A stretch of DNA of 64,000 bases, taken from positions 466,487 to 530,486 of the forward strand of contig NZ_JASGJP010000001.1 of NCBI RefSeq assembly GCF_047601385.1, in the 5' to 3' direction. The position numbers were made by a program, and so were the translations under genes. Positions 51,246-64,000 of the stretch are shown here, piece by piece. How positions within the stretch are numbered: the stretch's first letter is position 1; every line of letters starts with the position of its first letter. The stretch comes from Ottowia sp. GTDB taxonomy: Bacteria > Pseudomonadota > Gammaproteobacteria > Burkholderiales > Burkholderiaceae_C. Under the pieces are notes generated by a model. That model saw nothing but the letters and a program-made list of their open reading frames with translations, made no database searches and was not told where the DNA came from.

Positions 51246-51305
51246 ACTACGAATTCGATAGCTGCTTGCGCTTGCCAGTCAAGCGCTGGAGGCCTATTTT
51301 CCTCA
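51246..51305 (+). repeat. 62-bp element at the 3' end of the serine hydrolase gene
   Basis: ACTAC-GAATTCG-ATAGC, 28 nt, then GGCC. Confidence 0.9.
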
Positions 51306-52361
51306 TGAACGCGGCACGGCGGGCAGGATCTCGCGCCGGATCAGCGCCAGCGCCTGGTTGCGCGCGGCGCTGTCGGGCGTGCGGCGCGAGGTGGCGGCGA
51401 TCACCGCCTGGCGTTGCGCATCGACGTAGATCCACTGCCCGCCGTAGCCGCTGGCCATGACGGCCTCGGGCGACACCCACCACAGGTAGCCGTAGGGCGT
51501 GAACGCCGGCCAGCCGCCGGCGTTGCGGCGCGTGGTGGCCTGGCGCAGGTAGTCGGCCGGCACCAGTTCGCGGCCCTGCCAGCGGCCGCCGGCCAGCACC
51601 AGCTCGCCCACGCGCGCCATGTCGCGCGGGCTCAGCATCAGCCCGAAGGCGCCGATGGCGTGGCCCTGCGCGCCGCGCCGCCAGTCGAAGCGCGCGATGC
51701 CCAGCGGCCCCAGCAGCCGCTGGCGCGCGTAATCATCCAGCGGCCGGCCGACGGCGCGCGCCAGCGCCAGGGCCAGCACGTTGGTGGCGCCGTTGTCGTA
51801 GGCGAAGCGCGCGCCCGGCTCGGCCACGAAGGGGCGGCGCGCCAGCCAGCCCAGGTTGTCGTCGCGGTCGCGCCGCGCGGTGACATCGGCGGTCCAGCCG
51901 GCCGTCATCGTCAGCAGGTGGGCGAAGCGCAGGCGCTGCAAACGCGCGTCACCGCCCAGGCGCAGCATCTCGGGCAGGCGCATGGCCACCAGTTCGTCCA
52001 CGCCGCGCACGTGCCCGTCGGCCAGCGCGCAGCCGAACAGCAGCGAGAGCACGCTCTTGGTGACCGACTGCACGTCATGCAGGCTGTCCGCCGTCGTGCC
52101 GGGTCGATAGAACTCGAAGGCCAGCGCGCCGCGCTGTACCACGGCCACGCTCAGCACGTCGGGCGCCAGCGTGGCGATGCGGGCGGCGAGGCCGCCGAAG
52201 CCGCGGGCGCGCTGCGCATGCACGGCGGGCCAGCCGGCCAGGCCGGCGCCCAGGACCAGCGTACGGCGGCGCAGGGCTGGATAATTTGAATCAAATCGGC
52301 CTCCAGCGCCCGTCCAGCAAGCGCCAGCAGCTATGTTTATAGAAGCATCCGGCTCACGCAT
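51303..52361 (-). CDS. Serine hydrolase, beta-lactamase/6-aminohexanoate-dimer hydrolase family
   Basis: QSVTKS (SxxK), HLLTMTAG, FAYDN, YGYLWW, SGYGGQ; start uncertain. Confidence 0.85.
   Translation of the reverse strand: MREPDASINIAAGACWTGAGGRFDSNYPALRRRTLVLGAGLAGWPAVHAQRARGFGGLAARIATLAPDVLSVAVVQRGALAFEFYRPGTTADSLHDVQSVTKSVLSLLFGCALADGHVRGVDELVAMRLPEMLRLGGDARLQRLRFAHLLTMTAGWTADVTARRDRDDNLGWLARRPFVAEPGARFAYDNGATNVLALALARAVGRPLDDYARQRLLGPLGIARFDWRRGAQGHAIGAFGLMLSPRDMARVGELVLAGGRWQGRELVPADYLRQATTRRNAGGWPAFTPYGYLWWVSPEAVMASGYGGQWIYVDAQRQAVIAATSRRTPDSAARNQALALIRREILPAVPRS
52285..52346 (-). repeat. 62-bp element at the 5' end of the serine hydrolase gene
   Basis: Shares 26 identical nt (52287-52312) with the 47413 copy (47416-47441). 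Confidence 0.9.
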
Positions 52362-52650
52362 CGCCCACCGCCATCCAGTCCGCGACCAGCGCCCGGGCCG
52401 CCGCCAGCGCCGCCGCATCGTCGAAGCGCACGCCCAGCGTCTTCTGCCGGCCGGCGGCGCCGTGCAGCAGCTCGACACGGGCCTTGGGCACGCCGAAGGC
52501 GCGGGCGGCCCAGTCGATCAGCGCGGCATTGGCCTTGCCGTCCACCGGCGGCGCGCCCAGCCGCACGCGCAGCGCGCCGGCGTAGGCGCCCGCCGCTTCG
52601 GTGCGCTTCGCGCCTGGCGTGGCGTGGACGGGGAGTTTCAGCACGTGCAT
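52354..52650 (-). CDS. DUF167/YggU family protein
   Basis: TPGAKRT, LRVRLGAPPVDGKAN, GAAGRQK. Confidence 0.85.
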   Translation of the reverse strand: MHVLKLPVHATPGAKRTEAAGAYAGALRVRLGAPPVDGKANAALIDWAARAFGVPKARVELLHGAAGRQKTLGVRFDDAAALAAARALVADWMAVGDA

Positions 52651-52667
52651 CGCGCGCGGCGCAGCGC

Positions 52668-54728
<2,061 letters not shown>

Positions 54729-54747
54729 GGGGACTCCAGAGCTGCGT

Positions 54748-55422
54748 TCAGATGCCGCAGGATTTCAATAAAAGTTGTGAAAGCTCGCGGCGCTGCGCTG
54801 CCGGGGGCATGCGCTCCAGCAGGGAACGCGGGCCACCGCGCCAAGTGGTCATCGTCTTGAGGGGTGTTTGAAACCAGCCGATGTTGAAACACACCTCGTC
54901 GGAGTGCTCCGGCGTGGCGAAGAATTCGACATGGCTCCACTCCGCCAGGTTGTCGTGCATCCACCATGCGAGCGCCTCATAGGGCATCTGGCCGCTCAGA
55001 ACAACGCGCGAGATTCGGGGGATGCTGATGCAGGCGGTGGCGCCCATGCCGTTCTTGCGGCCGGGGTGATCCCAGGTATGAAGGCCATCGTTGTCCGCCG
55101 CGCAGTTGTGTTTGCCGACGCCTGCTTCATTCACCGCGCGGCTGCGGTAGCCGGAGCGCACATGGATGCGGCCAAACCGCGCCTGCAAAGGCTCCAGCAG
55201 CAGGGTGCATAGCTTGGAGCCCGCCTTGATCGCGGTCTCGATATGCGCCGCATCGGGCACGTTGCGCAGCCCGTAATGCACGGCGATTTCGCTGTGGAGA
55301 AATTCGCGCAGGTGGAAACTGTCGGACAGCGGGATGCGCCCGAGCCGATCCAGCCCCGAGTAGGTCTGAGGATCAAGACGAATCACGGGTAATCCTTGGG
55401 GGTCTGAAGGTCGAACAATCAA
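54748..55422 (-). CDS. Peptidase M15-like (hedgehog/DD-peptidase fold) hypothetical protein
   Basis: LSDSFHLREFLHSE..N.P..LLEPLQARFG.IHVRSGYRS..VN. Confidence 0.6.
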   Translation of the reverse strand: MIVRPSDPQGLPVIRLDPQTYSGLDRLGRIPLSDSFHLREFLHSEIAVHYGLRNVPDAAHIETAIKAGSKLCTLLLEPLQARFGRIHVRSGYRSRAVNEAGVGKHNCAADNDGLHTWDHPGRKNGMGATACISIPRISRVVLSGQMPYEALAWWMHDNLAEWSHVEFFATPEHSDEVCFNIGWFQTPLKTMTTWRGGPRSLLERMPPAAQRRELSQLLLKSCGI

Positions 55423-55481
55423 GTGCTCCGAAATGCACCGTTAACTACTGGAATCAGGGTTTTCTGTTCAAAAGAGAACGC

Positions 55482-56087
55482 TTATATCGAGGCCATCTGG
55501 CGCCCCATCCGGGTCAAGCCGTCCCAGGCATCGCGGATGGGAGGGAACGCACGTGGATCGATGAAGCCCACCTCCTCCAGCGTCCACTGCCCACGGCCGA
55601 ACTGGCAGGCATTGCATGCCGTCACGAGATTCGGTTCGTCGTTGGTGCCGCCCCGGCTGTGCGGCACGACGTGGTCCAGCGAGGCGCTCAACGCGGCCAG
55701 CGCGCTGTGCTTGTCGGCGTTGCGCGCACCCCAGCGGGCCGCCTCGGGCATCAGCCGATGCAGCCGGGTGCGCATGGCGCGCTCGACGACGCGCGTGCCG
55801 CAGTAGCGGCAGCGCCAGCCGTCTCTCATGTAAATGGCGCGCTCCCGGCTTGCGGAGGGCATGCGCGGGGCGCTGCGCGCCAGCCCCGGGGCTGCGGCGG
55901 GCATGGTGCGCTGCCAGTGCACCAGGGGGTTGACCGCGCCGGTGATGAATGCCGTGTACTCGGCGATCAGCGGCAGGTCGGCACGCGCGACGAGTTGGCG
56001 CGCCTCGGCCATCCGGCCCGCCACCACGCAATCGGCCGCCTCGCCCAACAAATCGGCCGCTGCGGCCAGTTCGGGGATCGGCGTCAT
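55482..56087 (-). CDS. HNH endonuclease
   Basis: RDGWRCRYCG..DHVVPHSRGGTNDEPNLVTACNAC. Confidence 0.85.
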   Translation of the reverse strand: MTPIPELAAAADLLGEAADCVVAGRMAEARQLVARADLPLIAEYTAFITGAVNPLVHWQRTMPAAAPGLARSAPRMPSASRERAIYMRDGWRCRYCGTRVVERAMRTRLHRLMPEAARWGARNADKHSALAALSASLDHVVPHSRGGTNDEPNLVTACNACQFGRGQWTLEEVGFIDPRAFPPIRDAWDGLTRMGRQMASI

Positions 56088-56125
56088 GAAGCAGCGCCTG
56101 GATGGGACATGCTGGCCAGGCATGG

Positions 56126-56566
56126 TCAGGCACCCTCCGCCTGAATGTGCGGGTTGCCGTGCCGCAGCGCCTGCACGAACGCCCGCGGGTCCTTCGGCGA
56201 CACCAGCACCTGCCCGGCGCGGCCGTGGCGGATGCGCAGCCGGTCGAGCGACAGCGCGGGCGAGGACAGCCAGCTGCGCGAAGGCTCCACCGCGTGGATG
56301 TCCTTCAGCGGAATGCGCCAGCGGAACGGGCCGCTGCGGATCACCAGCGCGTCCTGCCCCACCCGGTAGCCGGTGGCCGCCAGCACCCACAGCGGCAGGC
56401 CGGCGCCCAGGGCCAGCACGGCGACCAGCAGCACGGCGTGGGCGGGCGCTGCCTGGCGCGGCCAACCGGTGATCACCGCAGCCAGCACCAGCAGCGCGCT
56501 GGCCAGCAGCACGGCCGCCAGCCAGGCATCGACCTTGGAGGGGAAGGTGTGCGTCGCTTCGGACAT
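56126..56566 (-). CDS. Bacterial PH-domain membrane protein
   Basis: FPSKVDAW, two TM segments, GPFRWRIPL..SSPALSLDRLRI..VSP. Confidence 0.8.
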   Translation of the reverse strand: MSEATHTFPSKVDAWLAAVLLASALLVLAAVITGWPRQAAPAHAVLLVAVLALGAGLPLWVLAATGYRVGQDALVIRSGPFRWRIPLKDIHAVEPSRSWLSSPALSLDRLRIRHGRAGQVLVSPKDPRAFVQALRHGNPHIQAEGA

Positions 56567-56573
56567 GGCGATT

Positions 56574-56629
56574 ATTCAAGCGTTTTATGCCTCCAGCGCT
56601 TATGTGTCATGCGCTGGCAGCTATCAAAA

Positions 56630-56636
<7 letters not shown>
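56574..56636 (-). repeat. 62-bp element containing the pccB stop
   Basis: TTTTATGCCTCCAGCGCTTATG...GCGCTGGCAGCTATCAAAATCAAAGC. Confidence 0.9.
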
Positions 56637-58162
<1,526 letters not shown>

Positions 58163-58186
58163 GGTCTCGTGCCTTCAAAGAATCGG

Positions 58187-59017
58187 TCAGGAAGCCTGGC
58201 CCGTCGCGGAGGACGTGCCATGCCGTTGGGAGAATCGGTGAGCGGCGGCGGCAGCGGCTTGCAGGGCCACGGTGTCGCGGCCGAAGCGCCTGCTGCGCGG
58301 CAGGTGGCGCAGCCAGCCCAGGCCGCGGCCCGCTCGCAGGAACAGCGCGCGCACGGGCGGCGGCTCGGCCGCCATCCAGGCGTCCAGCCGGGCATCCACT
58401 GCGTCGGCAGGCAGCGCCAGCGTCCACAGCGTGCTCTGCAGGAAAGCCAGCCAGTCGCGCACCTGTGCCTCGGGCACGCTCATCACTTCGGCCGGATCGT
58501 CCTCGAAGTCGATGGCGCCGGCCAGGCGCGGGGGCTGGGCCTGGGTATCGACGATCAGGTTGCGCGCGAAACCCTGGCTGAGGTACTGCCCGCGCTCGTG
58601 CATGCGCACCAGCGCGTCGCCCGCCTCGCGCCACAGCGCGGGCGCATGCGGGTGGTGGGCTTGCAGCAGCGTGCCCAGGTGCTCGTCGCCCAGCCACTGC
58701 ATGACGAAGTGGTCGGGCGCCACGTGCAGCACCTGGGGCACGTGGGCACCAGCGGCGTGCAGCGCGCGCAGGCGCGCCACCTCCACCTGCTGCGCCCGCG
58801 CGCCGCCGTGCATGGGCGCGGCCTTGAGGAAGGGCGCGCCGGTGAGCCGCGCCAGCGCGTTCAACAGGCGGTACAGGGCCGGATGCCGCTCGGGCCGCTG
58901 GCCCTTGGCCAGCACCTTGCCCAACGCGGTGTCGAACACCTCGATGCGGCGCGCGCGCCAGCCGGGGGACTGGCTGATGCGCGCCAATTCTTGCGTGGAG
59001 AGGGTCATCGCGGTCAC
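58187..59017 (-). CDS. Kinase-like (Kdo/InaA/BUD32-type) hypothetical protein
   Basis: VLAK, VPQVL, SQGFARNL, IDFE kinase-like motifs. Confidence 0.6.
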   Translation of the reverse strand: MTAMTLSTQELARISQSPGWRARRIEVFDTALGKVLAKGQRPERHPALYRLLNALARLTGAPFLKAAPMHGGARAQQVEVARLRALHAAGAHVPQVLHVAPDHFVMQWLGDEHLGTLLQAHHPHAPALWREAGDALVRMHERGQYLSQGFARNLIVDTQAQPPRLAGAIDFEDDPAEVMSVPEAQVRDWLAFLQSTLWTLALPADAVDARLDAWMAAEPPPVRALFLRAGRGLGWLRHLPRSRRFGRDTVALQAAAAAAHRFSQRHGTSSATGQAS

Positions 59018-59841
59018 GCCGTCTGCTCCTCGGCAACCCGCTCGCCGCGCGCCGATTGACGCACCAGCCCGAAGATGCCCGCTTCGATGCGCGCCAGCGA
59101 ATGCGGCAAGGCGTACCGCCGCCTGAACCGGCGCAACTCGTGCATGAAAAAGGCGTAGCCCGCGGGGTTCAGGGCGAAGCCCAGGCCGATCGACAGCACT
59201 TCGTCCAGCACGGCATAGCGTTCAGGCGCCAGGAAGCGCAGATGCTTGCTGGCGAAGGAAACGCCCAGGCCCTTGATGTCGAGTCCCCCTGCAATCGCGT
59301 CTCTGTCATCGTCTGAGGCTCCCACGCGGTCGAACCATTCGCGCAACGCCTTCTCCAGCGCGTCCTGCGTGTAATGCCTCTCCAGGTTGCCCCAGACGCG
59401 GTGCCCCCGCCCCCATTTGCAGGTGTGTTGCGAGAACTTGTAGGCTTCGCGCGACGTGCCTGCCAGCAGCGCACTGCCCCGCACTTCCAGCTTCTCGATT
59501 TCGATCCCCGTCTTTTTGTCTTCCACCTGGAGCCAGTGCAGCGAACTCTCGAAGGCCGACACGGTGAACCGGAACTGGCAGAACTCATAGACCGAAGGCG
59601 CCGCCCCATCAAAGTCGCGCACCGTGGCCATCAGCCCCTGGCTGGTGGAAAACGGAATGGGGTTCTGGAGCTTGGCCCCCAGAAGATCAGCATGTGCGCG
59701 CGGATCAACCGGCACCCGATCTTTCGGCCGGAAAGGACCGTTGGGATGCGTGACTCCCGTCTCGGATGAAACCAGGCGCAGCGTCCTGCCATTGATCCAG
59801 CAGCCGCGCGTGTCCAGTGGCTCGAAGGTCGGCGGTGGCAT
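59014..59841 (-). CDS. Hypothetical protein with helix-hairpin-helix (OGG-like glycosylase) motif
   Basis: ATG at 59841 just after the meaB stop; IKGLGVSFASKHLRFLAPERYAVLD. Confidence 0.6.
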   Translation of the reverse strand: MPPPTFEPLDTRGCWINGRTLRLVSSETGVTHPNGPFRPKDRVPVDPRAHADLLGAKLQNPIPFSTSQGLMATVRDFDGAAPSVYEFCQFRFTVSAFESSLHWLQVEDKKTGIEIEKLEVRGSALLAGTSREAYKFSQHTCKWGRGHRVWGNLERHYTQDALEKALREWFDRVGASDDDRDAIAGGLDIKGLGVSFASKHLRFLAPERYAVLDEVLSIGLGFALNPAGYAFFMHELRRFRRRYALPHSLARIEAGIFGLVRQSARGERVAEEQTA

Positions 59842-59843
59842 GG

Positions 59844-60890
59844 TCAGTTCGCAATGTCCTGCGGCTGGGCCGCCTGCGCCAGCAGCAGGCCTCGCGCGGC
59901 GGTGCTGGCCGCGATGCGCCCCTCGGCCACGTCGGCCTGCAACTGCGGCAGCAGTGCCTTGACTCGCGGATGCGCGCGGAAGGCTTGTTTGAGCCCGGCG
60001 TCGATGCGCTCCCACATCCACGCCAGCGACTGCCGCTGACGCCGCTCGGCCAGCCGGCCGTTGGCGGCCTGAACGTCGCGGAAGCGGGTGACGGCGGACC
60101 AGAACGCATCCAGCCCCTCGCCCTTCAGGCCGCTGATCTGCATCACCTCCGGCTGCCACTGCGCGGCGGCGGCTTCGGCATGCGGGTCGCCCCGGGCCGG
60201 GTTGCCGTGCAGGCCGAACAGGCGCAGCGCCGACTGGATCTGCGCCCGCGCGCGCGTGGCGGCGGCGGGGTCGATATCGGCCTTGTTGATGACCACCAGG
60301 TCGGCCAGCTCCATCACACCCTTCTTGATGGCCTGCAAGTCGTCGCCGGCGTTGGGCAGTTGCAGCAGAACGAACATGTCGGTCATGCCGCTGACGGCGG
60401 TCTCGCTCTGGCCCACGCCCACGGTCTCGACCAGCACCACGTCGTAGCCGGCGGCCTCGCACACCAGCATGCTCTCGCGCGTCTTCTCGGCCACGCCGCC
60501 CAGCGTGCCGCTGCTGGGGCTGGGGCGGATGTAGGCGTGCTCGTGCAGCGACAGGCGCTCCATGCGCGTCTTGTCGCCCAGGATCGAACCGCCCGACAGC
60601 GTGGACGACGGGTCGATGGCCAGCACCGCCACGCGGTGGCCGCGCTCGATGAGGAAGAGGCCGAGCGTCTCGATGAAGGTGCTCTTGCCCACGCCCGGCA
60701 CGCCGCTGATCCCTAAGCGCAGCGCATGGCCGGTGTGCGGCAGCAGGGCCGTCAGCAGCTCGTCGCCCTGCGCGCGGTGGTCGGCGCGGGTCGATTCGAG
60801 CAGCGTGATGGCCTTGGCCATGGCGCGGCGCTGGGCGGCGGGCGTGCCGTGCAGGATGGCGTCGGTGCTTGCGACGGCAGGCAAAGTCAT
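59844..60890 (-). CDS. meaB: Methylmalonyl-CoA mutase-associated GTPase
   Basis: GISGVPGVGKST, AIDPSS, GSILGDKTRM, ETVGVGQSE, NKAD. Confidence 0.95.
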   Translation of the reverse strand: MTLPAVASTDAILHGTPAAQRRAMAKAITLLESTRADHRAQGDELLTALLPHTGHALRLGISGVPGVGKSTFIETLGLFLIERGHRVAVLAIDPSSTLSGGSILGDKTRMERLSLHEHAYIRPSPSSGTLGGVAEKTRESMLVCEAAGYDVVLVETVGVGQSETAVSGMTDMFVLLQLPNAGDDLQAIKKGVMELADLVVINKADIDPAAATRARAQIQSALRLFGLHGNPARGDPHAEAAAAQWQPEVMQISGLKGEGLDAFWSAVTRFRDVQAANGRLAERRQRQSLAWMWERIDAGLKQAFRAHPRVKALLPQLQADVAEGRIAASTAARGLLLAQAAQPQDIAN

Positions 60891-61300
60891 CGGCTCGGCT
60901 CCTCTGGTAGAGGCTCTTCCCCCCACCGTTCGGGCTGAGCTTGTCGAAGCCAGGGACCAGCCGCTGTCGTACCCTTTTGCCCTTCGACAGCGCCAGAGGA
61001 TGCGGGTGAACGGGCAAGGCCTGTGCGGGAACGCGCCAACTGCTGAATCGCGGCCCAGTCCCCACGGATCAGCGCTTCCTTCTTGGCTCGGGACCACCCT
61101 TTAATCTGCCGCTCGAATGCGATCGCGCCTTCGCGCGCCTCGAATTCGCCCTGCCAGAGCAATTCGACCGGCTTGCGCGTCGCGGTGTAGCCGATCAAGC
61201 CGTCAGCGTGCTGCCGCATGCGTAACTCTATATCGTCGGTTTGTCCTACGTAGTAAGACCCATCCGAACAACACAGCAGATAGACAAAGAAGGGTTTCAA
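60887..61300 (-). CDS. GIY-YIG nuclease (YhbQ/UPF0213-like) with repeat-derived tail
   Basis: FVYLLCCSDGSYYVGQT..RMRQH..ERQIKGWSRAKKEAL. Confidence 0.88.
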   Translation of the reverse strand: MKPFFVYLLCCSDGSYYVGQTDDIELRMRQHADGLIGYTATRKPVELLWQGEFEAREGAIAFERQIKGWSRAKKEALIRGDWAAIQQLARSRTGLARSPASSGAVEGQKGTTAAGPWLRQAQPERWGEEPLPEEPSR

Positions 61301-61346
61301 GCGATGGGGCGAGAAAGGGCTTCGACAAGCTCAGCCCGAACGGTGG
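60923..61346. repeat. Perfect 29-bp inverted repeats enclosing the GIY-YIG core
   Basis: CCACCGTTCGGGCTGAGCTTGTCGAAGCC (60923-60951) and its exact reverse complement (61318-61346); degenerate third copy near 60980-61013. Confidence 0.9.
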
Positions 61347-61385
61347 AGCATAAGCATCGCACGGGCAAGACGCGATACACCGAAG

Positions 61386-63545
<2,160 letters not shown>

Positions 63546-63643
63546 GGCGCGCGCGTGATGGAGATCGGCTGATCGATACCCGTAATTATTAATTCAAAAC
63601 CCTCTCGGCGGCTTACAATCGCCGAAATTTTTTCGCCCGACCG

Positions 63644-64000
63644 ATGAACGCGCCTCCACCGCTCGCCCCCCGCGCCTTGTACGAAGAGGTGGCCGAGCAC
63701 CTGCGCCAGCGCATCTTCAACCGCGCGCTGGCGCCGGGCGACTGGATCGACGAGGTGCGCATCGCCGAAGCGCTGGGCATCAGCCGCACGCCGCTGCGCG
63801 AGGCGCTGAAGGTGCTGGCCGCCGAGGGCCTGGTCACCATGAAGGTGCGGCGCGGCGCCTACGTCACCGAATCCAGCGCCAAGGACATGGCCGACGTGTA
63901 CCACCTGCTCGCCCTGCTGGAGGCCGACGCCGCCGCCGCCACGGCCGAGCGCATCACCGATGCCGAGCTGGCCGAGCTGCGCGCCCTGCACGCCGAGCTG
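63644..64000 (+). CDS. GntR (FadR/FCD) regulator, 5' part
   Basis: LYEEVAEHLRQRI..LGISRTPLREALKVLAAEGLV. Confidence 0.9.
   Translation, partial: MNAPPPLAPRALYEEVAEHLRQRIFNRALAPGDWIDEVRIAEALGISRTPLREALKVLAAEGLVTMKVRRGAYVTESSAKDMADVYHLLALLEADAAAATAERITDAELAELRALHAEL

Noticed and set aside
51303-52361. Calling the serine hydrolase a true beta-lactamase resistance gene
   Set aside because: SxxK and Y-x-N-like motifs are shared with esterases and amidases; the sequence alone does not support resistance.
55450-55465. GAATCAGGGTTTT between the HNH and M15-like genes as another AAATCAGGGTCAGAT site
   Set aside because: Lacks the TCAGAT half and occurs once; may be chance.

Overview
High-GC betaproteobacterial chromosome segment; gene content and order resemble Comamonadaceae. 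Core blocks are: a sigma54/NtrC-type PotABCD-family ABC transporter with a racemase and puuD (purine/ureide nitrogen scavenging); rpsF-priB-rpsR-rplI-dnaB; tolB-pal-cpoB; msbA; yebC-purD-hemF-nadD-rsfS-rlmH-maf-rng; rsgA; orn; MlaED-like genes; phaZ; a MarR-EmrAB efflux operon; and the scpA-meaB-pccB-pccA-mce propionyl/methylmalonyl-CoA operon with a divergent GntR. Accessory regions are: (i) an AraC plus three-gene DUF1566(Lcl)/Ig-like/IPTL-CTERM surface-protein cluster; (ii) an island between orn and the MlaD cluster with two TA pairs, an IS110 stub and a cassette-like membrane gene, bounded by AAATCAGGGTCAGAT sites; (iii) nuclease-like and other genes interleaved in the pcc/mcm operon. The strongest signal not explained by genes is a ~62-bp fixed-length palindromic element at 19 loci. 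It separates accessory genes like cassette boundaries, supplies start and stop codons of core genes, and lies in-frame inside conserved coding sequences. All alignments and counts were made by eye; no database searches were run.
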